A stretch of DNA of 64,000 nucleotides from Podarcis bocagei. Its lineage: Eukaryota. The DNA is taken from the NCBI GenBank assembly GCA_964188305.1, contig OZ076888.1. One strand, written 5' to 3'. How positions within the stretch are numbered: position 1 is the first letter of the stretch; every line of letters starts with the position of its first letter. The position numbers were made by a program, and so were the translations under genes. This document shows positions 23,470 through 37,675 of the stretch, piece by piece. The notes under the pieces were generated by a model. The model ran no database searches. It was given only the letters and a program-made list of their open reading frames with translations, and was not told the DNA's origin.

Positions 23470-26400
23470 TGGAGTGCACAGTAGCATTTTATTGATGTCT
23501 GACATGCAACAATAACTGGAGTGAATCTCTAAAATTAAGATTACAATTTTGATCAAATAAAACATGTTCAAGTTTACAAAAGCAGTCAAAATAATAGTTC
23601 ATGCATTTCATCATTCTATATACACAGGTATCACATAAGATGTGACTTTTAATTTTGGAAAGGGAAAATTCGTACAAATGATTAGTCATTGCACAAAAAC
23701 AAAGGAACCCTCTTTTATCCAAGACATGCACCTATCTTTTGTATAGTTGTTTAAGTCTCTAGTACAGCATCTTGTTGTACTAAATACATTTGCAACCAAT
23801 TCAGAACAGAATGTGCTGTATTTGCTGCAGATTCCCGGAACATAGAAATGCTCTTCAGACATTACTCATGTGAAAAGGGACATATACAAATGGGTTGTGG
23901 GATGTGCATGTGGTCCCACCCCATTGCTGCACACAAATTTATCTGTACTGTAAGCACTGGAAGAGCAGTTTGTAAAGTCACACGAGGAGCCGCCATGAAT
24001 AAAGAAGGTTCTCTGCTGCAGATGTCACAGCCGAGCTCCCGATAGCAGGTAACAACTGAAGAGGCCTATATTCTACAGGACTAACTGATGGCCAACAATG
24101 CTGCTGGCAGAGGTACCTTAGTTGATAGATATCAATCTGAGAATCTTCACCAAAGAAGTCAATCTGTTAAAGTCCTGTAACTGTTGCATAATACTGCTGG
24201 TAATGGTACCTAGATTTAGAGTCAATTTGGACACGCATAAATGGGGATGTCAGAATGCAAGTCATACTGCTGCATAACCTGCTTCTCCTGCTCAGCCCTT
24301 AGAACGCCTGGGAGAAAAATATTTTAACAGAACCCACAACAGACTTGTTCATCTATCAGTGCTGTAATCCTTCATTAGTTGCTTGGGAGCAAAGAATTTT
24401 GACACACAACAAACATATTTTAAAATACATACATTTTCAATTCTTCCACTTCTACAGCTTTTAAGGACACACAGAGCTCAGCTTGTGGGGAAACCCTTAG
24501 CCTAAGTTACATTTTTTAAAAATATATAGCTGTAAATAATGTTCCATTGCAGCAGTAAATATATTTTAAGACATACGTTTCCTTTTTAATTGAGTGAAGA
24601 GCTTGGGGTGGGAGGTGGGAATAACGGTTCGTTAAAATGCTTAATTGAGGATATGACCCCATTCATAAAGCGCTCAAATACAAGGCAAGGTTTTAACAGC
24701 TGGAACATTACAACTAGCCCTTGATTTACAGCAAACAACAATAGATGTAGCTAAGCATAATCTATGAATAAGTCTACATTCATTGGAAAGTGGCAATCAA
24801 GTTCAACATAAACATTTAAAATACAGCAGTGAAAAGTAATATAACACTAAACATTCTTTCTGGTAGTAACTTTTCACTTGATAGCTACAACCCTAAGAAT
24901 GGCCTTCATATACTTTACAAGAAATGCTAGCCATTCTGCTCTTAGGTGGTGCAACTTGAAAAGGAATAAAGTACGATTGCCAAAAAGCCCTTCATGCTAA
25001 TTTTTCACAAGACAGAGAATAGAAGGATGGGTAAAATGCGGGCATTCCCAATACTGTCCATCTTGGTGATGAACTGCACGTGGCATGAAAGGATGGGTTT
25101 TGAAGCTCCTAAAACAACTCAGCAGAAATTGCTTAATGCTACAGGTAAATAAAAAAATATTGGGGGGCAGTGTTTTATTATAAAATGAATATTGTATATA
25201 GTTTAAATAGAAGACATACAAATACTGGAGTGTGCTCTCACCAAAGTTATTCTCAGGCCAGAGTTGCCTTGCGAATTGCCGAGGTGGTACAGGAACAACC
25301 ACCCTCCTTTCTTAAGAAGCCTCTCCTAATTTCTGCTTATAGCTGAACCTTGGTCATTGCTCCTAGAAGCATATATTTGTACAGGACAGTCCTGTGCCTA
25401 CCCTATAGTGTAGCTCAGAATTGCTCAGAGAATATGGATCAGTATTCAAAGTTATATTTCCAGTAGCCACTTTTTGTCACAAATTATGAAGAGGTTTTGT
25501 TGCTTATAAACACTGTATTTTTCAGTCTTAACAATAATAATTTTATGAATGTATTTGCCATTGTTTCTGATATTTGCACTTAAATATTGGAAATACAAAG
25601 GTGCTTGAATTCACTTATAGATCAGATTGAAAGCACACAACAACCCTTCACAAAATGTTAACTAAAGTTCTGTGTATGAGAAAAGCTCTATAGTCAAACA
25701 GTTTGATCTTTCACATTAAGATGCTAACAGAAGTAATTCGAAAGGTGATTGAAAATAAAAGAGTTAATAATTAACATGAGTTCAGAATTCTGTGGCTTAT
25801 ACTCTTCTGTTGTAGCTGAGGAATGCTCATTGAAGACACATAATGAACTTGCATATAATGGAAGTTCAAGTTAAACACCAGCGGCCCTGTAATTTCCAGT
25901 ATCATGGATGGTAGTCATTAAGTATGGTACTTTGGATCTGCAAGCTTTAAGTGAGCAATGGAATTTTAAAATACATTCTGGTATAAATGATGATGGTAAA
26001 GCATCTGTTTCAAACACAGTAGTTAACCTTAAAACACAAAAATAGCTTAGAATATGTATCCTTTGGTATTCATCTAAAGTGAAAGTTCACAGACTTACAG
26101 AAAAAGATCTTCATGTTCTTCTAAGACACAGTACCAACATTTAGAGTTACTCATGTATTAGGAATGACAAAATTGCTATAGGAAAGTGGAAATGAATTTG
26201 TCCATGGCACAATATTCTGCTTAATGTGGCTGAGGATATTCAATAATAGAAACACTCCCCTTTCCATCATATTCTGATGACAGCTCTGCCCTATTATTTT
26301 AGTTAAAAGAATGTTTTGATTAAGGAAAGGTTCTTGACCTGGTAACAACAAAAAAATAGAGCTATTTCAATTAGTATTCTTTATCAGTCTAAAAGGAGGT

Positions 26401-27628
26401 GGAAACCCTCTTTAGGTCTATATTTGAGAAATGTAGATTACAAGCAAGAAAAATGAAAATCTCAAAAGAAAAAGAAACCTTCTTAACACTTCATGTACCT
26501 TATGTTTAAACCTATATTTCACTTCATGTTAGCAAACATTCTGTTTAAGGTTTTGTATAAAGCAAATTAAAACAATGCAAAGTTTTTATTACTTGTATAG
26601 CAAACTATCTTTCTCTTCACGGCAGTGCTTCCCATTAGAATTGCATTTTGCTACTTTGCAACAGGCACACTATACACAAATGTCACCTAGTCAAGAGACA
26701 TGCTTAACCAAATACATCTGTCACTCATAAGTGAAGGTCAGTATTTGATTTGGACAAAGAATATAGTACTTAAGAAAAGAACAACAACTCCCCATTTTAA
26801 AAAGCACTCTCCTAGATTGGGAAACACAAGCGAGCACACAATTTCCATTTCCCAAATTTGGCAAAAGCCAAGGAAATATGTAAATGCTGACGTGTCCATC
26901 AGCATTATCTCCCATAATTCATATAAACTTTCAGAAAAAGAGGTATTCATTCATCACTTTCCTATGCTTTCTTTACTTAATGCATATTTGCATGCCATGT
27001 CCTCATATTTAGTATCCATACCAATTTTAATAAATTGCTACTTGCCATTTCAAAAGCCCCTGACTCTTATTGGGCACAAATGCTTCAAATACATTCCGTT
27101 CAGGAACCATTGCTGTCAGCATCCTTATGTAAAAACACATGACACTTCCTCACTGATAATCCTCTACTGGTGATTCCTAGTCATAAAATGCTAACAATAA
27201 AATCTCACATCTTCAGATTTTCCTTCGTTTAGAGCTGCAAAACACATCCCGCTTGTGCGCATACACATAGACAGCATGCTGTAACATCAAAGAGACTGAT
27301 TGAAGTGCAAAATAAATATTCAAGTATGTGTCTGGGACTGTGTAGCTCATAGTGGTATACAAGTTACTACAAAATTTAAAAACAAAACAAAAGACGCCTG
27401 CATGTAAATGTTAAGAGGAATGTTTCATAGCAAATGGAATTTAAATCTTACTTTTCCAAAAAGCGTTATGCAGCTCGTGTGTGGGTTGCCAGTTTTGACA
27501 ATACTAATCAGTATTTGGAGTAAAACTCTCTCAGGGTGTAAAGAGTTAAAAAGGGAAGCGAAGATATCAAAACACTGAAATAAGCAGTCCACCTTATTGA
27601 AGAAATACCATCGGGTGTTGGCACTGGC
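23470..27628 (-). other. RAB11FIP2: Probable long 3' UTR of RAB11FIP2
   Basis: About 4.1 kb of AT-rich sequence after the stop with no TE that I recognise. AATAAA (minus) occurs at 26585-26590, 25174-25179 and 23488-23493. The distal end is inferred, not shown. Confidence 0.6.
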
Positions 27629-27856
27629 TTAGCTTTTTGAAAATTTGCCAGCTCGCCGAGAAGGTTCATATGGCACTCGGAGAATACTAGGAGTTTCTTC
27701 CATTACTCGCACAAGAAGATTGTCAATATAGTCCTCAAGTTCACGAATATGGGTGTCCTTCTTCTTCAGTTGTTCTTTATGTTTCACTAATTCTTGTAAG
27801 ACCTCTTCATGTGTAAGGTTACGATACCCTGCAGCAGCATCAAAAGGATTTGCATC
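27629..27856 (-). CDS. RAB11FIP2: RAB11FIP2 coding exon 5 (third NPF, Rab11-binding domain, stop)
   Basis: tttattctag|GAT GCA AAT CCT TTT gives DANPFDAAAGYRNLTHEEVLQELVKHKEQLKKKDTHIRELEDYIDNLLVRVMEETPSILRVPYEPSRRAGKFSKS*. ELEDYIDNLLVRVME is the FIP Rab-binding signature. Total CDS is 1536 nt. Confidence 0.97.
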   Translation of the reverse strand, partial: DANPFDAAAGYRNLTHEEVLQELVKHKEQLKKKDTHIRELEDYIDNLLVRVMEETPSILRVPYEPSRRAGKFSKS

Positions 27857-30800
27857 CTAGAATAAAGAGAGGTGGGTTTTTTTGAGGGGGGACATTACAG
27901 AACTTCAAACATCACATTAATACCAGTACTAGTGCTAGAAGAGAGGATGCGAATCGGAAACCACATATAGCAACTCCTTCCCCCTTTGACATAGTATCTG
28001 ACTAGCACAATAACAGCCTATTTACATAAAGAGGAACAGAGAAAAGCAGCTGTGGTACCTTGAACAAGCTGTTTATCTGGTTCAGCTAAAGCATAGCTAG
28101 ATGATTCAGCAAGTCTATGTATACCTTGTAAAGGCATTTTTACAATGCTCAAAATTCATGCTGGCTTAAAAGTGTAATATGCCAAATTCTTTAAAAATGT
28201 GAAAAGTATAGTCAAATCTTGTCTAACCTAACTCCTCCACCCAGTCATTAAATACTGGACTGTAATACATCAGGCACTGATGCTGTGTAACTCTCATCTT
28301 CATGGAACATGAGGATAACACCCAGTGGGTCACAAACTTCATGAATTAGTGAGCAGTTTGCTGTAACAGAATCCCAGATTCTTAATACCTTACGAATCAT
28401 TATACAAAAAAATGTTGAAAGAGCACCAGAATATAGGAATACTGTCTCACTAAAGTACATATCCTTTGCACCAAATGGACTGATGTGGACTAATGACTTG
28501 ATTCTTAGGCTACACCTACCATGTGGAGCCACTGGAGATATTTCTACTGGGTGGTCAGATCACCTGAGAATATTCACTACAGGGATCTCCCACTGTGTGT
28601 AGCACAAGCTTTACATGGTACTTTGTAACCCATGCTAGCATGAAAACTACATGTAAGTTATTTCAAGTGTTTGCCCGGTGTATTTCTGTGTGGTTTAATT
28701 GGAATAGGCTCTGATAGCCAGGACAACAACTGACAACACCACCTGTGCCAGCGCCCCCTGTGCTGTTTTTCAGTCAGTTCGCCATTACACAGGAAAACAT
28801 GGGTTGAACCACTGGTTGACAATTCTCCTTTTTCTAACAACGACTATGTTATATAATGAAGTCAGTCTCAAACAACATCATTTCTGATTTGTGAGCATTT
28901 GCTTACATATAGTCTAATTCATTAAGCAATCACAGTCCCAGGAGAATATTGCAACCATCAGAATGATTTTGCTGATTAATTCTGGCAGCACTTCAGTAAG
29001 AAAGGAAAGAGAAGTTGCAGCAAAATATAAATACTGAGGAGTTTATAGTACACCAACTTTTCAAGCTCTCACTGTTGGTCTGTAGCAAAAGCAGGAGCAG
29101 GTTGTAATTGAGATCTAAGGGAAACAGGCCTCCATCTGGGACCCACAGTACAGCATTATTAAGTGAACATTTCTCTGGAACATTTCCCACTTTCCTGGCA
29201 GAAGATGCTGCAAGGGAACCAGTCTATATTTGAAAAGAATCCAAAACGATTAAAATGGATAATAGATGTGGTTCAAAAACATTTCTTGGTTGCTTCCCAA
29301 CAGTGAGATAATTCTTTTGCACTCTTGCTTTTTAATGAATCCAGGCTCTATTTTAAGACTTGTCTGCATCTATCACTTTCTATATTTAAATAGCAAGTTA
29401 TGGATAATTCACATATGCACATACCACTGTTTGCTCAAAAACCTGTGGCTCAAATGAGTGAACTGCCTCCTTTGAGAAGTATTGTATTCGTGGTTATGTC
29501 TGGTATGGTGATTTGTCTGCGATGACCATTTCACAAGTGCAAGTCATCATTTGAAGTTGCAAGTCATCAAATCACAAATATGTATAAAAATACTGCTGCC
29601 TTTTGAAAGCAGTTATATTAGTATCAGGAACACAAAATAGCGTTTTTTATTTAAAAGTATAACAGCCAGACTCATCAGCACTGTCAGACAAACAGAACTG
29701 GACAACAGTTCTACAAAAATTTGCCAGATTCCGTAGTTGCATCCCAAGCACTTTGGCAGATGGATGGCCAATGAAGAACTGACAACTGAAAAATCCCTGT
29801 TTAGCTGAAAGCTTGCTGAACCTTCTGAGTCCCAGCTAACCCCAATATCTCACCCCAATATATTTATCTATTGGCCTCTTTAAATCTGACCCCTTGCCCT
29901 AATCCTATGTGTGGAAGGGAGAGAAAACACATTCCTCTGTGTTTAATTTTCCTTTCTTTTGGTAGCTCCTCTCTGCCACTTTACATGCCAAGCCTCGTCT
30001 ACCATGGGAATGTGGAGAACGGAATTGTGTAAACCAAGGCATATCCAAAAACTACTGTTTGAACTGCCTTTCTTTCACAACTCAACCTTTAGGAATGCAG
30101 CCAAGGATTTATGTAGCTTCTTAAGCCTTGTTTGTCTAATTACCCATTCTAGTCCTCCTGTGTCTGTGATACAAAAATCAGAGCACTTGGATTTAAGCAG
30201 ATTTCAATGGGACTAAATAGTTTATGGATCAGGCTGCTTATGTTCTTTTTCCAGACTGCTTAATGTGTGTTGCAACGTTTGAACAAAGTAAGAAATATAC
30301 TACAATTATGAGACAGCAGTTAGCTGGAAAGGAAGACCTATTAAAACTGACCTACGGGGCTGCTGATGTTGCATACAGAATTTTGAGCTAGCCTACAAAA
30401 TAAAATTAGAAACTCACAAAACTGATGGGCAAATTTAATTGATTTACAGTCCAATCCTATACACGTCTACTGGGAAGGATTCTCCTCTGAGTTCAGTAAC
30501 TTACTCCCAGGTAAGCATGTAGTGAAGCTGTGGGTGGGTGGAAAATTTTTAGGGGGAAATTGAAATATATGCAGTGCTTGTATGCCTATCAAATCTAAAT
30601 ATGTTTCACACTATGATGACACACATAATTCATAACTCAACATATACAATTGTACAATCTGATAAATTTATTATATTTTCAGTGCGATTCTATGGATGTT
30701 TATTCAGACTCACTCAGTTTAGTGGGCCTTAGAAGTAAGCATAATGAAATGTCGGAGGCTGTGCTAAGAATTGTGGGGGTGGATCCCTGGAAAAAGCAAA

Positions 30801-33039
30801 CATTTTCTCCGCCCCAAATTTCCTCAGACCTTGATAATAACTTGGATAATAGCATAGAATTGAAGTATTTTAAAAAATATAAAATTAGTGTGTAAAATAT
30901 AGCTGATTAGAAAAGGCAAGCTAGTGAGCCAGTATAAATGTTACAAGTTAAAACATCAGTCAACTGTTAAATTTTTGAGCTCTTGATAATCACTGTAAGC
31001 AGAAGAATTTTTGACTGCTTTACACTTCAGCCAACTTTCCTTTATCAATTACCACAATTAAGAATATTTACATCTTGAGGTAATATTTTGTAGATTAATG
31101 TGTTTAAGAGAAACTTACAATGTGGTAAGTTTTTGTCTTAAGGATTTGAATTCAAAGCCAATTCAGTATATTCATGCATAGTCATTTTATCTCTGCATTA
31201 CAAATGAAGGGTTTGGATAATCAAAAATGTTTGTGTGTATGTACACAAACTAAAACCATGTTTGTAAACAAAAGTAATAAAATCTGACGTACTTCTAACC
31301 TACAAAAAAGCTAGTAGCAGTCATATAGTTTTTAATTATATAATATATCCCAGATGGTTCTGTGTGATGTATCTTTAAGATGTTCATTTATAAAACAGAC
31401 CATATGATTATTTCAAGAAAAATGGTCATATGCATACAAGTGCCATAGCTATTGAAAACTATAATTTTAGTACTTCAAGTAAAATGAAAACATGTGTTCA
31501 ATGACTGAGGACAAATCTTGCTGGAAAATAAATATTCTGCTGTAACTTTCTAAACAACAACAACAACAAAATCCCACAGACTATGATACCTATCATTCAG
31601 GAAAGAGCAAGGAAAAGGGTAAGATTTCAAATGCGTAAACATGTAGAGAAAGCCTTGATAACCAAATATTATTTGGGTACAAACTGATAGTCACAACTGC
31701 TGGGAAACGGAGAGATAAAATGACAACTTGGCATACTTTGATCATCTGTTTATTGTTCTAATGAGGAACTTTGCTTTGGGAATATCATCTAAACCACTTT
31801 CTCATCTCTTGTCCTACTTGCTTCATCTCCCTTTCAGTTCCTAATTAGGCTTTAAAGAGCTCTTGGTGCCCTTTCAACTGGCTATTGCTCCTGTTTAAAC
31901 ACTGTTCATTCAAAGACAGGTGTTGGCATCACCAGAGCACAAGGCATATAAACTTAATTACCAAACACCACTTCCAAGGGAATAAAAGAAATAATTCATT
32001 GGAGGAACGTCATTTAAATTACTTCAAACTACTTACAGAATAATCTTACAACATTTGAATTTTTACAATAGTTATGTTTCAAACTTACTATATAAAAACA
32101 TACTCTAACTGTATTTTGCCCAAAATGAACTGGGCATCAGCATTGCAAGTAACAAAGGTTAGCTCATTCCTAGAGAGGAACAAGTCCCAAACTGGATTAT
32201 TTTATCACCTTTAATTTCTCTAAGGAAAACTAATTGCTTTCTTAAAAAAAAATTCGTTCGCTAGCAATTTATTGCATAATGTTGGCTGTTATCATTAAAA
32301 TACACAGAAGCCAATTAGGCATTTTCCAGACAATATACTGAAAATCATCTCTAAGGCTGCAATCCTACACACACCTATTGGCAGTTAAGTGTCAACCACA
32401 AATGAATTCAGTGAGTGATATTAGTCATACTCAGAGTAGACCCATTTTAAATAATTGATTTCAATGGGTATACATTGTATGTGACTAATGTTGGATATTA
32501 AATATATATATATGTAAGATATGCCTATGGACTTAAGTTATGACTAAATTTCACTAGAATGCACCCCAAAACAAGTTAAAACATTTTTTATAAAAATATT
32601 ACCTAACTCATAGAATAGGCTTGAGCACTAGTATATTTCTAAAGCAAAGGGAAGGTTTTTGTTTTGTTTTGCTTTTAATCTCATCACATTAGCTATTCTC
32701 CTGAATTTTCAGGGTCAGATGAATATTCCAAACAAAAACAGATTACACTTTGTGAGCATTTTTAATCATCATGAGAGTTCATTTGTTATTTGTATTAGCA
32801 ATCTTGATATATTTACTCATCAACTTAGCACACTCACTTTGTTAAATCCTCCTAAAACATCTCATATTCATAGGATTTGGAATTGTGAAAGACTAGTTAA
32901 GTTCATTGTCTTCCAGTAAATCTGTTCCTTAAGAGTGTGTATTCCACTGAGCAGACTGAATAAAGACTATTGCTGCAGCTAATTTATTAACCATAGCACC
33001 ATTATGGTACTGCATGCTGACTGCTCTGGTTGTCTCAGT

Positions 33040-33160
33040 TAACATGACTAAGAGACTGGAACAACTTCCCTGCAAGGAAAAGCTGAAGAAGAGATGAGGC
33101 TGTCCATTCTAGAAAAGGGAAGAGGGACATGGTAACTGCTCTTAAAATTATGGATAAAGG
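33040..33160 (+). mobile_element. CR1 ORF2 C-terminal remnant
   Basis: TKRLEQLPCKEKLKK..LEKGRGT matches the CR1 motif LE.L.YEERL..LGLFSLEKRR in degenerate form. Confidence 0.5.
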
Positions 33161-34221
33161 ATTTTATTTTTCTTTCATGTAAGGAATGCTCACCTGCTAA
33201 GAGGGGAAGTGGGGTTATGTTAGTGAGCACACCAGCAAACCAGTCAAACGCACTGCCAGCTGCATGTTAAGCAAGTATGAGAAGAATCCCTACATGAATT
33301 CCAAAAGACATGTGTACAACTCCTCTACATAAAGCTGGATCCTAGGTCAGTCATGATTCCACCCTCCACTTCACATGAGGAGGAGCTCTACACATGTATG
33401 TCAGAATAAAAGGAGAGCACATTCTTACAACAGGTGGTGCGTGTGTGTAGTCGGTGCAGCAAATTGATGCTCCATTTGCTAGAACTCTTCATAACAACCA
33501 CAGAACTAAAGATCACCACATTACATTGATTGGCAGCCAGTTTAGGACAGACAAAAACATTTATATAATATAAATAAATATGTCATTATCATAATCTACT
33601 TGTGTAGATCTATGGTGTGATCGCACTTGAAAACTGTGTTCCATTCTAGCAGCTGCATTAAAAAAAAGATATAGAGTTGGAAAGGTTGTATGGAGCAAGA
33701 CAAACCAAGAGACAGTATGCCTTTGAATGCCAATTGCTGGGATGGAACTCATGAACAGGAGTGCACTATTGCGCTAATGTCCTTTTTCTGGGCTTCTTAT
33801 AGGCATCTGATTTGCTGCTGGGAGAACAGAACGCTGGACTTTGATGACCCAGCAGGGTTATGTTCTTATATAATTAACTGAAACTCACTACCACACTAGC
33901 TTTGATGGTGGTTGCTAAATTGAGTCCACATGTTCAGAGGCAGTAGACCCGCAAATATCAGGTGTTGGGATGAACAACAATGAAAGACTGCCTTGCTTAT
34001 GAGCTTCTTAGAAGCATCTGGCTAGACACAGTTAGATGCAAAATGCTGGACATGCAACACCCTTGGGCCTAATTCAGTAAGGTAATTCTTATGTTTATAT
34101 ATATAAAACAGCAAAGTAAATATTTATGACACACTTAAATAGGGTTAAATAAAATTTACCCTGTTTTATTTTAAAACAACTCTCAGACATCAAGTGGAGT
34201 ATTGATTAAGCAGTAACTTAC

Positions 34222-34267
34222 CACAGTTTTCCTGAGGTCTTCGATATGCGCAGGATTCACATTAAAA
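34222..34267 (-). CDS. RAB11FIP2: RAB11FIP2 coding exon 4 (46-nt mini-exon)
   Basis: tttgcttccatag|T TTT AAT GTG AAT CCT GCG CAT ATC GAA GAC CTC AGG AAA ACT GTG|gtaagt = (S)FNVNPAHIEDLRKTV. Phase 2 in and phase 0 out, exactly bridging exons 3 and 5. Too short for the ORF track. Confidence 0.9.
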
Positions 34268-34799
34268 CTATGGAAGCAAACAAAATTGTATAATAAATTC
34301 CTTTTTCCTCTTTCCTTTGTTCATATACAGGTAGAACAGAGTCACCTTCAATTCCCACCGGCAGCCTTATCACCCACAAAATAATAACATATAATGTTAC
34401 AATCAGGTTTGCCCCATCATTTTCACTGAGGAAGTCTTTATTCATTACAATCATACATGGGGACTGAAGGAAGGCAGAAGTGTGTTAGTTAGTTAGTGAA
34501 AGTCACATGTAATCCAGGTGTTAACTTAAAGAGACCCAGTGGTGGGTGTACCATTTTGTGATCCCTCCTCCAAACTCAGTGGCCCCGCCTGCCACATTTG
34601 CAAATTATTGTTGTTTGCAAGGCACTAAGTAATGACTTGCTACTGTTAAATGGCAAATATGTCCAAAACAAAACATCAATCATCCATGATTCGATCCTGC
34701 AAAAGGAAGCTGGCACAATTTATATTACTGAGATCTGTGCGGAAGAGCTAGGACTAAATTTCTCCTAACTGTGCCTGATAAGTAGGGGGATTGGTTTGC

Positions 34800-35050
34800 T
34801 ACAATCTATAAAGATTTGATCTCCCATTCCAGACTTGACAGTCAGGACTGAGGACTCTGTTAGAGTACCATCCACCACATTGCCCAATAGTTTTCCCTGC
34901 ATGAGCTGACAGAGGTGGCATGTATCTGGTTTGGTGTTGAGGACTCCCATGATGTAGACTCTGAAGGACTTCAACATCCTTGCCAAAGCTACCTTCACAG
35001 TCACCACGACAACCATGGGGCAGTCCCAGTGTGTCATCAATCAACAGAAT
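34800..35050 (+). mobile_element. L2-clade LINE endonuclease fragment
   Basis: Degenerate Y(R/H)PP...L(G/K)DFNI...TTMG.SQ motifs of an APE-type endonuclease. Confidence 0.6.
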
Positions 35051-35390
35051 GACACAAGAAAAAATGGTTATTTTCAAGCTTACTCTTGTGTCAGTGAAGA
35101 AGCCTTCTTCAAAGCACCATCCAACAGGGGTGTTCTGAAACTCATTCAACAACAACAACACCCATGTTCTTGGCTGAAATGCCAATGATGAAAGAAGAAG
35201 AAGAAGAAGGGGGGAAATGTTTTAGCAAGCTCTTCAGGACACCAATGAGGCAAGGCCTACCCTGAAGTGCAGGAGTCTGTCGTTGGAGGAGACAATTAAC
35301 AAGCTGACCTTCATTCATACTGTGTAGGAGGGGCAATCATGAAGGATGAAAAATTTATCCCCTCCACTTACCAGAAAAAGGGATTTATGA

Positions 35391-35394
35391 ATCA

Positions 35395-35437
<43 letters not shown>
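35391..35437 (+). repeat. (ATC)n(ATT)n microsatellite
   Basis: Seen directly. Confidence 0.9.
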
Positions 35438-36054
35438 GAAACTGTACTGACTCCACCAAGGGTTGCATTTTTAAATTCAATGCATCATCAACTCTAAATT
35501 GCAAGAAATAGTTTCTTAAGAGCTAGCAAACAAGGAACAGTAGATAATTTTTCCTAGTTCTCTCAGAATGACTATGGGAAAATTCACAGGGACAACTCTA
35601 AATATAAAAGCCTTAAGATATGTTTTGGCACCTCAGATACACTCCTTGGTATAATTACCACTATCTCTGTATTGCTATTAATTGTGCAACTGCAATAATT
35701 ATAAGATGACTTAAATGCCTTTTTGAATCTCAAAAATAAAAATGCCCTCGTGGAGCACAATTTTCTAAAACAGTTTATACAAGAAACAAAAAGTTGTCTT
35801 TATGAAAGGCAAGATTTTAATTGTACATTTTTTAAAAAATAACAGTTGCTAGGATCAAAAGATTATAAATTTAACTGTCACAGATTAAAAGCCCCTACAG
35901 TTTGGTATGTGTTAGTAGATCCATTTCAACATTTGCTGTTCAAAGATCTAAATGACATTCATTTGACTTTGTACTTAAAGATCTGAAAATCAAGATTATT
36001 TATTGCCAATTCTTAAAACCAATACATTTTAACCCTTTTGTAAGGAGGCTATTG

Positions 36055-37495
36055 GAACAGCCTCAGTATGATCAAGGTAGAATAGAGAGGGACTATTACT
36101 TCCCTTGATTGGGACACTCTACTTCTTTTCAAGCAGTCTAGAATAGCATTAGTGGGGGTTTCGGGGGGGGTTGTTTGTTTTGCAGCACACTGGGTACTCA
36201 TGTTAAGCTTGTGGTTTTCTAAGACCCCCTATATTCTTTTCACATGTACTACTGGTAATACAGGTGTTCCTCATCTTATATTTTGCAGCTGGTTCTTCTT
36301 GCCTAAGTGTAGAACCTTTCATTTGTCCCAACTGAAATTCATTTTGTTAGTTTGGACCCGGTTCCCGAAACTGTTACGGTAATCCTGAATTCCAATTCTG
36401 TCTTCTACAGCATTAGCTAGTTTGGTGTCATCCCAGTTTGGTGTCACCTGCAAATTTGATGAGCACCCCCTCAATACCTTCATGCAAGTAAATAATAAAG
36501 ACACTGAACAACAGTGGGCCCAGGAGAGAACCCTGCAGCACTCCACTTGTCACTTTTTTCAGCGATGACAAGAAACCATTAGGGAGTACTCTTTGGGTTC
36601 GGTCAACCTGCTACAAATCCACCTAACAGTTACCTTGTCCAGCCCACATTTTACCAGCTTCTTGGAAAGAATATAATGGGGGACTTTGTCAGAAGCCTTA
36701 CTGAAATCAAGATATACTACATCCACAGCATTCCCCTGATCCACCAGGTTTGTAACTCTATCAAAAAAAGAAAATGATTCGTCTGGCATGATTTGTTTTT
36801 GAGAAGCCCATGCTGGGTCTTAGTAATCATAGCATCTTTTTCTAAGTGCTCACAGACTGATTGTTGAATTATCTGTTCTAGGACCTTTCCTGATACTGAC
36901 GTGAAGCTGACTGGTTGGTAGTTACCTGGGTCCTCTTTTTCCCCCTTTTGAAAGATTGAAACAACATTTCCCCACCTCCAGTCTCCAAGAATTCTCATCA
37001 GGCCCTGGAGATGTGAATTCATTTAAAGCAGCTAGGTGTTCCCTTAACAACTCTTTCCCTATCTTTGGGCTAAATCTCCCTCCTTGCATCATTTATTCTG
37101 TTGGGCACTGCTTTCCTTCAGAGTGAAGACAGAGGCAAAATAGGCGTTCAGCAGTTCTGCCTTCTCCCTGTCACCCAATAGCATTTTTCCATCATCTCCA
37201 TGCAAGGGACCTACTGCTTGCTTGTTCTTGCTTCAAACATAGTCAAAGAAACCTTTTAAATTATCTTAACCTCCCTTGCAAGCCTGAGTTCATTCAGAGA
37301 TTTGGCCCTCCTTACCTTCTCCCTGCAGCTGTTGGCATCTCTTTATGATTTCTCCTTTCTTCCATTTCTTATATATGCACTGCTTACATCTCAGATCATC
37401 TGTAAGCTCCTTATGCAGCCACACCAGTTTCTTTAGGTGCCTCCCACTTTTCTTTCTTGCTGGAACTGTCTACCATTGTGCCTTCAATATTTCAG
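36055..37495 (-). mobile_element. CR1 LINE ORF2 (RT) fragment, frameshifted
   Basis: Overlapping minus-strand ORFs: DWRWGNVVSIFQKGEKEDPGNYQPVS, QHGLLKNKSCQTN and VDVVYLDFSKASDKVPH. Confidence 0.92.
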
Positions 37496-37623
37496 CCTTT
37501 TGAAAGTCCAGAGTGCATGTCTAACTTCACTCAGCTTTCCCTTGCCTGTGGTGTTTACCTCTCCTACAATTTTTACCCATATACTGTAAGTAACCCAGGG
37601 ATTCAGAGGGATTCAGAATGACA

Positions 37624-37626
<3 letters not shown>

Positions 37627-37671
<45 letters not shown>
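37627..37671 (+). repeat. (CT)n microsatellite
   Basis: Seen directly. Confidence 0.95.

Positions 37672-37675
<4 letters not shown>

Noticed and set aside
26700-27173. 157-aa plus-strand ORF
   Set aside because: It is antisense within the AT-rich RAB11FIP2 3' UTR and has no coding signature.
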